Sequence record: NC_004629.1
Length of the DNA: 64,000 nt
Strand: one strand, 5' to 3'
Part shown: in pieces, positions 1-10,542 of the stretch
How positions within the stretch are numbered: position 1 is the stretch's first letter
Layout: the number at the start of each line of letters is the position of its first letter
Program-made: the position numbers and the translations under genes
Notes under the pieces: generated by a model
Database searches by the model: none
Told to the model about the DNA's origin: nothing
What the model saw: only the letters and a program-made list of their open reading frames with translations

Positions 1-555
1 CCAGCTGAAATCTGGACTGAATTCGCTGCATCTGAATCTAATGTTCTACTATTGATTGGTCCTCCTGGTACTGGTAAGTCTAATTATATCAATGAGATTA
101 TTCGGGCTCGTGGTTATAATGATCGTAATGTGTATCTAGCTGATCAAGATGATGTACTTGGCCACGCCGGTTTGACTAATTTTATTCGTGGTGTTGAGGA
201 TAATTCACTCATTATTACAGAAGACTCTGATAAAATGGTGGCTAAACGTGTAGATGGTAATAGTAATATGTCAGGGCTATTAAATGCTACAGCTGGTCTA
301 GTATCTACTAAGACCAAGATTATCATTTCTACTAATCTTCCGACTCTTCGTGATGTTGATGAAGCTTTAGTTCGACCTGGCCGTGCTTTCGATATTCTTA
401 CCTTCAAAACACTTACTGCTGAACAAGCGATTGCAGCTCGTTTAGCTAATGGTCTAGATCCAGTTGAGTTTGTCGGTAATAATCTTACTTTAGCTGAAGC
501 ATTGAATACTAGTTCTTGCAGTAGCCCACGCAAAGCAAGTCGTGTAGGTTTCTAA
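1..555 (+). CDS. AAA+ ATPase (5' end lies outside the window)
   Basis: Frame open from base 1 (PAEIW...LLLIGPPGTGKS Walker A), ITEDSD Walker B region, sensor-1 IISTN, SRH DEALVRPGR. Confidence 0.85.
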   Translation, partial: PAEIWTEFAASESNVLLLIGPPGTGKSNYINEIIRARGYNDRNVYLADQDDVLGHAGLTNFIRGVEDNSLIITEDSDKMVAKRVDGNSNMSGLLNATAGLVSTKTKIIISTNLPTLRDVDEALVRPGRAFDILTFKTLTAEQAIAARLANGLDPVEFVGNNLTLAEALNTSSCSSPRKASRVGF

Positions 556-662
556 GGAAAAGTAAGCTGCTTTTAAACTAGCGAAGAAACATGAATTCCA
601 ACGTGTTGTTTATAATCCTGATGACCTTAAAGTAAAGCATTATTTCACATACGGAGATCAGC

Positions 663-1265
663 ATGCAGCGCAATAATGACCCGCAGCAAGTAATCATGTC
701 GATTGAGATGTACAATAGCCTACTGGCTATGGCTAATGATTCACCTCATTACACGACAAAACTTATCCAACGTCACGTGCGAAAGATGAATCCTTTTTTA
801 CAACCTGCACATCTAAAGAATGTCAGAACTAAGGAAGCTATTCGGTCCCAACGTATTCGTGAAGCTCGGACTTTCTTCGAAGCCAATCATAGAAAAATTC
901 TGTACGCAAAGGTTGATATGGGTAACTGTAAAAAAGGAGATGATCCGGTTTACTTCCCATGCATATCTGAACGTATTGCCAAGAATAGACAACTAATCCA
1001 AGTTCGTCATGCCAATGAAGTTGGTTATGGACGGTGCATCCGGTTGGTAGAGGCTAAATATCTCACAACCATTATTCCTGATGGATATATCCAAGGAACT
1101 GGGCCGTATAAAAAATATCTTGTTAAAGAGAATGGTCCTTACGATATCCGTGAACAAGAAGAAAAACGTAAACAAGCTTTTTCGAGTGAGATAGCTAAGA
1201 AGTTTGAGTTCAAACATGATTCTTACGATATGGATAATCTCAAAAAGAATTATTATACACAATGA
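663..1265 (+). CDS. hypothetical protein, paralogue of 25946..26329
   Basis: ORF with GGAG RBS; N-terminal 80 aa aligns by eye to 25946 ORF. Confidence 0.75.
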   Translation: MQRNNDPQQVIMSIEMYNSLLAMANDSPHYTTKLIQRHVRKMNPFLQPAHLKNVRTKEAIRSQRIREARTFFEANHRKILYAKVDMGNCKKGDDPVYFPCISERIAKNRQLIQVRHANEVGYGRCIRLVEAKYLTTIIPDGYIQGTGPYKKYLVKENGPYDIREQEEKRKQAFSSEIAKKFEFKHDSYDMDNLKKNYYTQ

Positions 1266-1392
1266 GATTAGTATAAATGGACATTAGTTTATCTCCAGTA
1301 TGAGTATTCCAACTTCTTAAATATTACTAAAGAGCAGACTATGAATATATCAGTGTTTGCTCTTTGGAGGTAATTACTCTGGAGCATCTAAT

Positions 1393-1725
1393 ATGTGTGC
1401 AATTCCTGTAATACCTGTATCAAATGACATCACTGTTATTAAGCCAGGTGATACAGTTTGGTCAACAGGTGTTCTCGGTATGAAAGCATCCTGTGAGCAT
1501 CCACCAGCGCTATTCTGTATACGGGGTGATGAACTTGAAGTTCTAGAAATTAGCCCTCCCACGGAATATGAGAAAAAAGCAATGTATAAGTGCCGCTTAA
1601 AAAGAGGCACTGGTCATTTCTGGATTTATCGTAGTGGGTTTACTAAAACAAAGCCATTTAATCACAATATGACTGGTTATGAGTTTTGGGATGGTGAGAA
1701 AATTAGAGAATATGGTGGGTATTAG
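1393..1725 (+). CDS. hypothetical protein
   Basis: ORF track 1357..1725; ATG 1393 follows GGAG at 1381. Confidence 0.6.
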   Translation: MCAIPVIPVSNDITVIKPGDTVWSTGVLGMKASCEHPPALFCIRGDELEVLEISPPTEYEKKAMYKCRLKRGTGHFWIYRSGFTKTKPFNHNMTGYEFWDGEKIREYGGY

Positions 1726-1736
1726 AGTAAAAGAAA

Positions 1737-1862
1737 ATGACTAGCGAAAATAATAAATCAGACATACAACATGAACAAGAAGAACCACCCATATTCAAGA
1801 TGCTTTTTCTAAGTGCAGTTATAGGTGGATCATTATGGGAAATAATTAGACAGTGGTTTTAG
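1737..1862 (+). CDS. small membrane protein, 41 aa (not in ORF track)
   Basis: MTSENNKSDIQHEQEEPPIFKMLFLSAVIGGSLWEIIRQWF; C-terminal hydrophobic helix. Confidence 0.45.
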   Translation: MTSENNKSDIQHEQEEPPIFKMLFLSAVIGGSLWEIIRQWF

Positions 1863-1987
1863 CCACTGTCTTTATAATGTATTTTGAGTTATAAAAATGT
1901 CCATAGAAAAAGCCTATTCCAATTTAATAGCTTCAATTAAAACAGTTAGAAAACATTTTCCTAAATTAATTCAAGAGAAGAATTTAG

Positions 1988-2245
1988 ATGAGGAATTACG
2001 ACGGGAGTTTACGACTCCTATTCAATTCGACCCGACTAAGAAATCGGGAAACTCCTTTTGATAACGAACAGTCAGAAATGGATAAGTTAAAACCAATCGA
2101 TGACTTTTGGAAAACTAAAACAATTAAACCATCAGATGCTTATTTAGAAAGAAAGAATGAGCAACTAAAGATGATTAATCCGCATAAAGTTTATAATCCA
2201 TTCAATGAAAAAGATACGATATTAAAACCTATTTCTAAATTATAA
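1988..2245 (+). CDS. hypothetical protein
   Basis: ORF track; co-oriented with neighbours. Confidence 0.5.
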   Translation: MRNYDGSLRLLFNSTRLRNRETPFDNEQSEMDKLKPIDDFWKTKTIKPSDAYLERKNEQLKMINPHKVYNPFNEKDTILKPISKL

Positions 2246-2257
2246 AAAGGATTTACT

Positions 2258-2677
2258 ATGAAACAAGATCATCAATTCTGGCATGATAAACCATTTTCAG
2301 AAAATGAAGTTAGGAAGAAACTTGGCGGATCGTCATTATCCAAACTAAGTACAGAACAGATTTTAGAAGAGTGGCGAACAGAACATATTGAACGTAATAC
2401 TCCTTTAAGTAAAAGGCTATATGACATTCGTAATAAAGCCATCAATGATTACTCACTTACTGATAATCAACAAGTTAATAATTTGTTGCAATGTGCAGTG
2501 GATCAAGTCTTAGCAGATGTGATCATTATGTTAGATGGTTCAGTGCCACATAAGCAATTTCAAATTTCTGAATATGAAATTGAAATGGACAGTAAGGAAT
2601 TATCGATTAAAGAACATACTCGTCCAATAACTGAAGATCTACTAAAAAATTATTTTGAATTGGTGAATGGCAAATGA
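2258..2677 (+). CDS. hypothetical protein
   Basis: ORF, AAGGA RBS. Confidence 0.75.
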   Translation: MKQDHQFWHDKPFSENEVRKKLGGSSLSKLSTEQILEEWRTEHIERNTPLSKRLYDIRNKAINDYSLTDNQQVNNLLQCAVDQVLADVIIMLDGSVPHKQFQISEYEIEMDSKELSIKEHTRPITEDLLKNYFELVNGK

Positions 2678-3018
2678 CTGAACGTATTCATTACTCAGAT
2701 CGTAAGTTACCGCTGTGTTTTAAAGGTGTTTATGACATTCCAGTTGTAACCATCGAAAACTATTGTAAGTGGTATGGTCTTAATATTGTCTATCCAGATG
2801 GGTGTGTTGAATGGGTTGACACTGATTTACTTGCTGAAATAGAACGGGAAAGCAAGTTCTCAGTAATGGGTGATCACAACTATCATCCAATTCTGCTGGA
2901 CAAAGTAGCTGAGAAGATTGGCGGGGTGGCATGTGAGGTTGCACGTGAGTTGATGACTGGTCGTTGGGTACTAGAGGTTATGGACGGTAAAATCCCTGGT
3001 CAAGAAAAATTCTGTTAA
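2674..3018 (+). CDS. hypothetical protein
   Basis: ATGA overlap with upstream stop (translational coupling). Confidence 0.75.
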   Translation: MTERIHYSDRKLPLCFKGVYDIPVVTIENYCKWYGLNIVYPDGCVEWVDTDLLAEIERESKFSVMGDHNYHPILLDKVAEKIGGVACEVARELMTGRWVLEVMDGKIPGQEKFC

Positions 3019-3022
3019 ATGG

Positions 3023-3571
3023 ATGATTAAAATGGGTATTGATGTTTTCCCTGTAGTTACCAAACGTTCCACACGTTCTTCAGATGGTGCACGTGTACTT
3101 AAATTCATTGACATGCATACATGCGAGGCTCTTAACTTTAGCCGTTGCTATTATCTTTGGGATTGGTTAACCGATAATAATGAGTATACCAACCGATTCT
3201 GTCGACCGACTCTTAAAGGCTGTGGATTTGGTACACTCGTCAGTGATGACTCGCATCCAGTATGGAACAACTTTGAAGGTCGCCTTTCACAAATTGTCAA
3301 TTCCAAACAGGACAATCTAACACCGTACGCCTATTATAGTGAAGATGGTTGGTACCCACTTACAATGATCTTCAATATGGAAGACCTCTGGAACTTCGAT
3401 TATGATCAGAAGCCAACGATGTTCGATCAAGATGTTAATGGTGAAGTCATTTCGGAAAAAACCTATCGCCAGCTATTTTTGAGCAATGGTGTGGATGATG
3501 GTTATTTCAAGTTCCTGGAAGAAACTAAAAAGATGGAGTGTGTTCACTTCATCGCCCGATTCTGGGGATGA
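3023..3571 (+). CDS. hypothetical protein
   Basis: 182 aa ORF, tightly packed. Confidence 0.75.
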   Translation: MIKMGIDVFPVVTKRSTRSSDGARVLKFIDMHTCEALNFSRCYYLWDWLTDNNEYTNRFCRPTLKGCGFGTLVSDDSHPVWNNFEGRLSQIVNSKQDNLTPYAYYSEDGWYPLTMIFNMEDLWNFDYDQKPTMFDQDVNGEVISEKTYRQLFLSNGVDDGYFKFLEETKKMECVHFIARFWG

Positions 3572-3594
3572 TTACTTAACAGGAAAAGTTAAAA

Positions 3595-4164
3595 ATGGCT
3601 ATTCTATCTGATAAAACAATCACTGACTTATCTAAAGGTCGTGAACCAATGATTACGGATTTCATTGGTCACCAGGTCCGTGAAAAAGATGGTAAAAAGA
3701 TTATTAGTTATGGGCTTAGTTCATATGGGTACGATGTAAGGCTAGCCCGTAATTTTAAGATCTTTTCTAATGTAACAAGTGCAGTTATTGACCCATTAGA
3801 CCCTAGTGATGGATTCTTAGTAGATTGGACTGGTGATTATTGTATTATTCCACCTAACAGTTATATTCTTGGTCATACTGTAGAATCGTTTAATATTCCA
3901 GATGATGTCCTAGCTATTTGCACAGGTAAATCAACCTATGCACGACTAGGTGCAATTGTTAATGTCACTCCTATTGAACCAGGTTTCAAAGGACAAGTCG
4001 TTATTGAGATTGCAAACTGCACTACACTACCTCTAAAAATTTATGCTGATATGGGTATTGCTCAGTTTATGTTCTTTAGAGGTGATGCCCCATGTGAAGT
4101 TAGTTATGCAAAACGTAATGGTAAATATCAAAATCAAATTGGTATCACAACAGCGAGACTTTAA
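3595..4164 (+). CDS. dcd: dCTP deaminase
   Basis: ILSDKTI N-terminus, ISYGLSSYGYDVRL, GKSTYARLG, TPIEPGFKGQVVIEIAN, IAQFMF, GKYQNQIGIT: canonical Dcd motifs. Confidence 0.95.
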   Translation: MAILSDKTITDLSKGREPMITDFIGHQVREKDGKKIISYGLSSYGYDVRLARNFKIFSNVTSAVIDPLDPSDGFLVDWTGDYCIIPPNSYILGHTVESFNIPDDVLAICTGKSTYARLGAIVNVTPIEPGFKGQVVIEIANCTTLPLKIYADMGIAQFMFFRGDAPCEVSYAKRNGKYQNQIGITTARL

Positions 4165-4166
4165 TA

Positions 4167-4403
4167 ATGCTTAGTCCTAACCAAGAAAAGTTTGTCAGTC
4201 GGCTAACTGAAATTACAAAAGCATCTGATTCAGAACTTTGTGCAGTTAATGATACAATCTCATTTGATATTTCAACTGATAACATGCATGCTGAATTCTT
4301 TAATTTGGTTGCTGAACTGCATTTTAAGATTGTTCATATGTTTCCAATTAACCAATATAACACTCGTTATCGGGTTGTTATTCATGAACCATTCTATCTA
4401 TGA
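4167..4403 (+). CDS. hypothetical protein
   Basis: ORF directly after dcd stop. Confidence 0.65.
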   Translation: MLSPNQEKFVSRLTEITKASDSELCAVNDTISFDISTDNMHAEFFNLVAELHFKIVHMFPINQYNTRYRVVIHEPFYL

Positions 4404-4423
4404 TTGACCAACATAGTGGTTTA

Positions 4424-4462
4424 TACATTTAAAGCATTTTAAACAGTATATCACAAATGTGA
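4424..4462 (+). promoter_or_regulatory. early promoter, class A context (core variant TATATCAC 4447-4454)
   Basis: catttaaagcattttaaacagTATATCACaaatgtga, near-identical to the 30373 promoter. Confidence 0.7.
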
Positions 4463-4493
4463 TATAATCAACATATATAGGAGATTCTAATAC

Positions 4494-4970
4494 ATGTCAC
4501 GCAATACTATTTCTTCCTGGAGTGAACTTGGTTCAATGCTGGGTGTACAGCCGAAGCCGGTTCAGAAGAAACAGAAAAATCGAGCTAAAAAGAATCATGA
4601 AGCTGCGGTTCGTAAAAATTCTAGGGAAACCTTTATGGACATTGCTGCAAAACAAACTAAATCAAGTCCTAACTTCCGTAAGAACAAACAAAAAGATGTT
4701 CGTCATTGCAGTGTATGTGATAATATTAAACTAAAAGAAAATGGTATCGAAGAAGGGCGGGCCAAACCAATTGGTATGACCGAATTAGCTAAGTTCAAAG
4801 TTGAGCTAGCAAAAAATGGTCTTGAGCTATTCGGTTGTGAAGTACGTAAGCAAGAATCTTTTGCAGATGCATTTTATGGTAATAATACCATTTGTGAAGA
4901 AACTGCAAAGCTGATTAAAGCATACCAGGAAGAGTTTGATTCAGTCTTCCGCCGCGCTATTACTGCCTAA
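4494..4970 (+). CDS. hypothetical basic protein, first gene after early promoter
   Basis: AGGAG RBS; Lys-rich; CxxC (CSVC). Confidence 0.75.
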   Translation: MSRNTISSWSELGSMLGVQPKPVQKKQKNRAKKNHEAAVRKNSRETFMDIAAKQTKSSPNFRKNKQKDVRHCSVCDNIKLKENGIEEGRAKPIGMTELAKFKVELAKNGLELFGCEVRKQESFADAFYGNNTICEETAKLIKAYQEEFDSVFRRAITA

Positions 4971-5220
4971 CGATATAGGGGACCTTCTGGTCCCCTTAGT
5001 CATTATTATTTTTTTTTGGATTTTAGCTATGGATGATATTGAAAAGAAAATAGCCAAAATGGAAGCTCTATTTAGGTACCATGGTATTACCGTTGATATT
5101 AACCATAAGTTGAAACCTAATGCTAAGACAAAATTAACTCGTGCGGAAATTAACCGATTACAAATACAATATGATAAGCTTTTAGCTGAACGCGAAGAAG
5201 CTTTAAAAGCAATTCCTTAA
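4936..5220 (+). CDS. hypothetical protein (start uncertain, possibly ATG 5029)
   Basis: ORF track; C-terminal coiled coil. Confidence 0.5.
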   Translation: MIQSSAALLLPNDIGDLLVPLVIIIFFWILAMDDIEKKIAKMEALFRYHGITVDINHKLKPNAKTKLTRAEINRLQIQYDKLLAEREEALKAIP

Positions 5221-5224
5221 ATTA

Positions 5225-5455
5225 TTGAGGATTTATAAAATGTTCAAGCGCGTTATGAGATATATTCGTGTTTTGAAATTAATTGTTATTTTCTATGTTA
5301 GGCGACAACTGGGTTTACACGATTATTGTACACGAAAAAATACAATTGCATTAGATCGTGAAAATAATAAACGTGTTCAAATAAATGCTATTTCTCGTAA
5401 AGTCGAAGAAGCATTATTTAAAGTTGAACTAGTTGCGATAATGAGTAAGCGGTAA
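5225..5455 (+). CDS. hypothetical protein
   Basis: ORF track; GAGG RBS before ATG 5240. Confidence 0.55.
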   Translation: MRIYKMFKRVMRYIRVLKLIVIFYVRRQLGLHDYCTRKNTIALDRENNKRVQINAISRKVEEALFKVELVAIMSKR

Positions 5456-5467
5456 TGTTGTCATAAA

Positions 5468-5487
5468 GCCCTCCCTTCGGGGAGGGC
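5468..5487 (+). terminator. intrinsic terminator hairpin (CCCTCCC-TTCG-GGGAGGG family)
   Basis: gccctcccttcggggagggc. Confidence 0.75.
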
Positions 5488-5512
5488 TATTGCACTAAAT
5501 TTTATTTGAGAT
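5468..5512 (+). repeat. 45-bp terminator + class B promoter cassette, copy 1
   Basis: gccctcccttcggggagggctattgcactaaattttatttgagat, identical at 20907..20951. Confidence 0.9.
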
Positions 5513-5565
5513 CTACATTATAGATTAGCATATACTAATGGAAACATCTACATGAGGTAATTATC

Positions 5566-5865
5566 GTGAACGAAGCTATTATTTCACTGGACCGCAGAGG
5601 AGCCCATCATTTAGGATCTCGCGGTTATCCAATTAGATCAATTGGAGATGTTACAGTATTTGATTTGAATCATAATCAACTATATCCCAAAATCCATTCT
5701 CTTAAAGATCAAAATCATGATGGATGGCACTCCATTAGTGTTGATGATGAAAATGGAGTAACAGCGTATACGTTTGTTTTGAATATGGATCTTAATCTAG
5801 GATGGCTAAGACCTAAGCAGCCTAATGTTGGTGGTGGATATATCAAAATCAAATTTGAACAATAA
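5566..5865 (+). CDS. hypothetical protein
   Basis: GTG start, GAGGT RBS. Confidence 0.7.
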   Translation: MNEAIISLDRRGAHHLGSRGYPIRSIGDVTVFDLNHNQLYPKIHSLKDQNHDGWHSISVDDENGVTAYTFVLNMDLNLGWLRPKQPNVGGGYIKIKFEQ

Positions 5866-5914
5866 GCGGTGTGTACACCGCTTTTATTCCGTGTTTATAC
5901 TCAAAAGGTAATTT

Positions 5915-7048
5915 ATGATTATGTTTAAGTACTTAAAAAATGTTATTGATATTTTTAACAAACCAAAAAAGGTAGATACATTAGAACAAAAGATAGCTAA
6001 TCTAAATGATAAATACATCAGAGAAAATGTAGATGTTGATCAAATTGATATTCTGTCAGGTTATTTCACAGGAATGCTATCTGGGAAATTACATGATCGA
6101 AGTTTAGTATGGGGTTATTATACCAAAGAAACTAAGACATGGATGATTTATTTTGTTGAACAAAATTTTGATTCATTCATGTATAAAGTAACTAATAATT
6201 CATTAGATATTATTAATCTAACTGATATAGAAGATCTTAAATTATTCTATTTCTCTAATGAACAATACATACCTGTAAATACACCAATCAATAGTGATCT
6301 AAATGTGGCTGTAATTTTCACATCAAAACCACTCACTAAGGATTTCATTGATCCATCTTTAATAGATCAAGTTAAATCAGTTAATAGTAATTACAAGATT
6401 GTGATGGGTGGGTTATCTAATAATTCCAAATTTGATAGTAACCCAATAACTCTAATTGTAGAGTCTTATGAAGCAGATGGTGATATCGTCGTAGTTGAAC
6501 TAACTAATGGTACAACTGTGGCCATCAATAGAAAACTACTTAATATGTTTATGTATCAGTCAAGAATAGTTGATACATGTAATAACTCAAAAGTGCTTAT
6601 AGATTTCAATGGACGGCTAAAGTTCACACCTATGGAGAATCATTTAGGTGGTATAAATAGTGCAATGCATTATTGGTCAAGTAATGGAATTATCAAAATT
6701 AGGTGTGACTATAGTATCATATTAGATCTAGATAAGTTTCCAGAGATTGCTAATCATATTGGAAACTGGATACATATTGAAGCTAAGACAATTGCAAAAG
6801 TAATTGACTCGGTTGTGGTACCATACTTAACAAATGGGGAGCTTAGTACGCTCATTGTTGATTTAGATAATATCGATATTCAGTATCGTGGTTTAACATT
6901 ATCTGGTAATATCAGCTTGCGTGATCGTTTAGATAAATGCAAAATCAAACTGATAAATCCATCAACTGATCCATATGAGATACCTAGTCTAAATGGTAAA
7001 CGTGATGTCCATGGTTTTTATAGAGTAGATGGAAGTTTATTAAAATGA
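5915..7048 (+). CDS. hypothetical protein (377 aa)
   Basis: long ORF; no family recognised. Confidence 0.8.
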   Translation: MIMFKYLKNVIDIFNKPKKVDTLEQKIANLNDKYIRENVDVDQIDILSGYFTGMLSGKLHDRSLVWGYYTKETKTWMIYFVEQNFDSFMYKVTNNSLDIINLTDIEDLKLFYFSNEQYIPVNTPINSDLNVAVIFTSKPLTKDFIDPSLIDQVKSVNSNYKIVMGGLSNNSKFDSNPITLIVESYEADGDIVVVELTNGTTVAINRKLLNMFMYQSRIVDTCNNSKVLIDFNGRLKFTPMENHLGGINSAMHYWSSNGIIKIRCDYSIILDLDKFPEIANHIGNWIHIEAKTIAKVIDSVVVPYLTNGELSTLIVDLDNIDIQYRGLTLSGNISLRDRLDKCKIKLINPSTDPYEIPSLNGKRDVHGFYRVDGSLLK

Positions 7049-7515
7049 TTAAATTAGTGATTAGTCTTTTTTATAAAATAGTTAATGAAAAGATGTCTCC
7101 CACATATAAGAAATTAGTTACATTAGATAGAAATGGATACATTTTCAATAATAAACAAGATCTGTATTCGATTAATCTTTCACTCTATCTTGAACTCATT
7201 CATTCAGTGACGAATGACTATATTGTTCAAGAAATTATAATGTGTCTAAGTTCTAAGCCACAAGCAGTGAAAGAACTATTCCTTGAAGACCTAAGTACTA
7301 ATAATCAACTACATTATTCATTGTTAGCTTGTAAAATAATGAATGAGAGGAAAATCATTAATAAGAATATTAATAAAGCGTGTGCTAAAAATATGGCTAC
7401 TTTTTTAAAGGGTTATTTCCCAAGAGACTACTTCACTTGGTATAGTTGTCTCTATTTAGCCCTATCGGCTAAAAATAAAGCTGAGAATAACAAAGTATCT
7501 GTTATTAATGAGTAA
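7045..7515 (+). CDS. hypothetical protein
   Basis: ATGA coupling with upstream gene. Confidence 0.65.
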   Translation: MIKLVISLFYKIVNEKMSPTYKKLVTLDRNGYIFNNKQDLYSINLSLYLELIHSVTNDYIVQEIIMCLSSKPQAVKELFLEDLSTNNQLHYSLLACKIMNERKIINKNINKACAKNMATFLKGYFPRDYFTWYSCLYLALSAKNKAENNKVSVINE

Positions 7516-7617
7516 ATACAATACTATGTAGTAGTATTTCTATTACGTACCTTTCGAGGCATATACTCCATGACTTATGTTGTGGGGTATATGTGTTATA
7601 ATGTTTAAGAGGTTAAA

Positions 7618-7965
7618 ATGCAAAAGCAACTAAATTCTGATGATCTAGATGTTCTTGACTCCTTTAATGCAGCATGGGAAATTGTTAAGGAAGAACATAC
7701 TGATCTATTCTCACGTATAGCAATGATGGCTATTAATAAGTTAACTGATGATGATATCTCAGTCAATGATACTAAAGTAAGTATTCAGCAAGTAGTTAAT
7801 TTCCATGAGAGAATTCGAGATATCATTCCTAGCTCTGAGATTGTTAATCTTACGATTGTTAAAACTATCTTAGGTGAAATGAATGGTTGGTTAGAATTTG
7901 ATGAACTTAATGAAGAACTATTTACAGCATTAGGTAAAGCTTATAGCACTGTTAACTTTAATTGA
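7618..7965 (+). CDS. hypothetical acidic protein
   Basis: GAGGT RBS. Confidence 0.75.
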   Translation: MQKQLNSDDLDVLDSFNAAWEIVKEEHTDLFSRIAMMAINKLTDDDISVNDTKVSIQQVVNFHERIRDIIPSSEIVNLTIVKTILGEMNGWLEFDELNEELFTALGKAYSTVNFN

Positions 7966-8033
7966 TCATTAATATGAAAATTAAAACAATATAAGTGAGG
8001 CATGTGCCTCACTACATAGTAGAGGACTAACAC

Positions 8034-8366
8034 ATGCAGATTCAATTAGATCCATTAATGGTTTACCATGGTAGCACTAGATCTTTATTTAATGAAGATT
8101 CTAGTTTAAATGTTGTTGATGTAAGGGGCATTCAATTAAATGCTGAAGGGATAGCTGATAACAAAAATTACTATTTTGATTATGGACGTAAGAAAGATGA
8201 TGATGGTGAAATACTCACTATTTACGTACATGATCGAAATGTAGCTAAAGATTTTATTGTACTGTACGTTGAATTCCATTTAGGCACACATAAATTTCAT
8301 ACGTATGTACATCCACAATATCGGCATAAATTTCCAGTATTAGTACTGGAGTTATTATTCGTTTAA
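8034..8366 (+). CDS. hypothetical protein
   Basis: GAGGA RBS. Confidence 0.75.
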   Translation: MQIQLDPLMVYHGSTRSLFNEDSSLNVVDVRGIQLNAEGIADNKNYYFDYGRKKDDDGEILTIYVHDRNVAKDFIVLYVEFHLGTHKFHTYVHPQYRHKFPVLVLELLFV

Positions 8367-8554
8367 TATTAAGGGACTCTTAATGAGAGTCCCTATTTAT
8401 TTTGCGTAAGTGTATATATGAAAAAGAAAGCATTTATTGAAACTAGTCTAAAATATTCAAACACCAAATATAACAAAGCGATCATCTGTAATGAAATAAA
8501 ATTCAAACGGTACTAAACATACTAACCCTATGAATTAAAACGCACGGTGGTTGT

Positions 8555-8953
8555 ATGAAAATCTATGGTTCTTCTTTTCATGAAGTCACACTAGAATATG
8601 GAAAACCCTTTATACGCAATGGGGTTTTAAAACATTTACCTGATCTAGGTACACCAGACTTAGGATGGACTGATTTTAATATCCTTGAAATTATTCCAGG
8701 ACCAGGTTATATCGATAAGAATACTCTAAACTTTTATAAAGAAAGAGATTGCTTATTTCCAGCAATCGTCAGGTTTACTGTATTTGAAGAAGAGCGTAAT
8801 CGTATTATATCAACAATTAATGTTGATCTGGCGAAAAAGGAATTAGAGTGGAATAAGACTGATCGTTTTTGGGAAATCGAAAACTTTGCAATTAGATTCC
8901 AATTAACTCAAAATCCTTATTCAGTTTTATGGGCATCCAATGGATCACTATAG
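8555..8953 (+). CDS. hypothetical protein
   Basis: ORF track; GGTGG RBS-like. Confidence 0.7.
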   Translation: MKIYGSSFHEVTLEYGKPFIRNGVLKHLPDLGTPDLGWTDFNILEIIPGPGYIDKNTLNFYKERDCLFPAIVRFTVFEEERNRIISTINVDLAKKELEWNKTDRFWEIENFAIRFQLTQNPYSVLWASNGSL

Positions 8954-9374
8954 GTGTCATATGCTTACAATGGTTCCGTTATACCCTGGTGTGAGAGGAT
9001 ATCTTGAAGACTCGGTATTTTCAAAGAATGGGATTAATGATATTGGTTATCATAAATGGCTATCCCCTAAACGAGTGGTAGGTCCAGATGGGCTAATCAT
9101 TAGTGAGGTAAAGATAACTCCACGTATAGCCAGAATGGAAGGCGAAGTAATTCTTAAAGTATGGGATAAATGGCGAAGAGCCCAGCCTAAGCTAGTTGCT
9201 ACTGTGTATATTGATCCTAAAGATAATTCATACAGGGTAGAAGTAGAGCCTTTTTATGCATGTCGTCGGATATTACTTGAAGTGGATTTATGGGCTCAAG
9301 TAATACCTGGTGACCGTGCACCATTTGTAAATGACTCTGTAGATGGTACATGGGCATCAAGAGATATTATTTAA
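8940..9374 (+). CDS. hypothetical protein
   Basis: overlaps upstream stop. Confidence 0.7.
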   Translation: MDHYRCHMLTMVPLYPGVRGYLEDSVFSKNGINDIGYHKWLSPKRVVGPDGLIISEVKITPRIARMEGEVILKVWDKWRRAQPKLVATVYIDPKDNSYRVEVEPFYACRRILLEVDLWAQVIPGDRAPFVNDSVDGTWASRDII

Positions 9375-9673
9375 TGCTTATACCAATTAAACTTCGTAAG
9401 ACATTTAAAAGACTGGGCAAAAGACATTCTAAAAGAGTGTTGGCTGCCCAGTCATCTTTTCTGCCGTTTGGTGAATTAACGTTGAGGAAGCAAAGAATGC
9501 CTAAGAAAAATAAAGAATATATTCTTGATGTTATTGATACTAATACTAAAGAACTACAGGCACAGATTAATACGTTAAGTGAACTTGTATGTGAACAACA
9601 GAAACAAATTAGTTTATTAAACAGAACACTAGTTGAGTTACAAGATAATTTGAAAAAAAAAGATAGGGATTAA
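9350..9673 (+). CDS. hypothetical coiled-coil protein (start uncertain)
   Basis: ORF track; heptad-rich C-terminus. Confidence 0.55.
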   Translation: MGIKRYYLMLIPIKLRKTFKRLGKRHSKRVLAAQSSFLPFGELTLRKQRMPKKNKEYILDVIDTNTKELQAQINTLSELVCEQQKQISLLNRTLVELQDNLKKKDRD

Positions 9674-9675
9674 AA

Positions 9676-10005
9676 ATGAATGTAGTTGATGAGTACCTAC
9701 TTTTGACCTTATTCTGGATAGTTGTTTTATTTTCATTTATCCATGTATCGCAACGTTATAAACGAATTAAAGAAAAACGAAGAGTTGATTTTCTAGTTAA
9801 AAGAGAATTAGTATATAATTATTTCAAAGTAACAGATCCTTCTGAATTAACTAATGATTCTATAGAAAGTATTATACTTAAATTAATTGGTGATAATTAT
9901 AGAAAATTAACAGATATGCAGAAATTAGTAATTAGGGCAGCAGCAGGTCGTGGTTATATGTATAACCCTAACAGACCAATTGGCAAACATTTGAAATATA
10001 TGTGA
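9676..10005 (+). CDS. hypothetical membrane protein
   Basis: N-terminal hydrophobic helix YLLLTLFWIVVLFSFIHV. Confidence 0.7.
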   Translation: MNVVDEYLLLTLFWIVVLFSFIHVSQRYKRIKEKRRVDFLVKRELVYNYFKVTDPSELTNDSIESIILKLIGDNYRKLTDMQKLVIRAAAGRGYMYNPNRPIGKHLKYM

Positions 10006-10014
10006 GTTATAAAA

Positions 10015-10530
10015 ATGTCAGAAAACCGCCCGTTATATATAGCTGCTATTAAAAAAGATCTTTTAAAAACAACAGGTTTGTATAAACCTTATAATGATTC
10101 ACCAATAGCTGTGGTTAGTAATGAAACCAGTAAGTGGCATGTAATGCTAAATATATTACGACATGGTTGGGAATGGATTGAAATACCTGAAGGTGAGATT
10201 AAACAACCGGAAAGTTACCATGACTATGTTATTCTAGCATTAACCACTGTATTAACTGATACTTTAGATTATAAAAATGATCCAAACTCTGATAAATATA
10301 TCAAGCAAATAATCTGTACTGATATAGCACTAAAAGTTGAATATGATAAATTAATCAATGTGCTAGAGACAAGTAACGAGTTAGATTTAGCTGATGAATA
10401 CACCTTTACTAAACAAGGTAATCTCAGAGGATATTTCCATTATGATGAGTATTATGGTTTAGATGTACTGGCATGTGCATCTTATGTGATCTGTTCACAT
10501 ATCGAACTAACACCTAGAAATGTTAAATAA
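10015..10530 (+). CDS. hypothetical protein
   Basis: ORF, packed operon. Confidence 0.75.
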   Translation: MSENRPLYIAAIKKDLLKTTGLYKPYNDSPIAVVSNETSKWHVMLNILRHGWEWIEIPEGEIKQPESYHDYVILALTTVLTDTLDYKNDPNSDKYIKQIICTDIALKVEYDKLINVLETSNELDLADEYTFTKQGNLRGYFHYDEYYGLDVLACASYVICSHIELTPRNVK

Positions 10531-10542
10531 TAGGAACTACTG

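Noticed and set aside
8034-8366. ADP-ribosyltransferase call from YHGS
   Set aside because: Only the first motif is present; no matching downstream elements.
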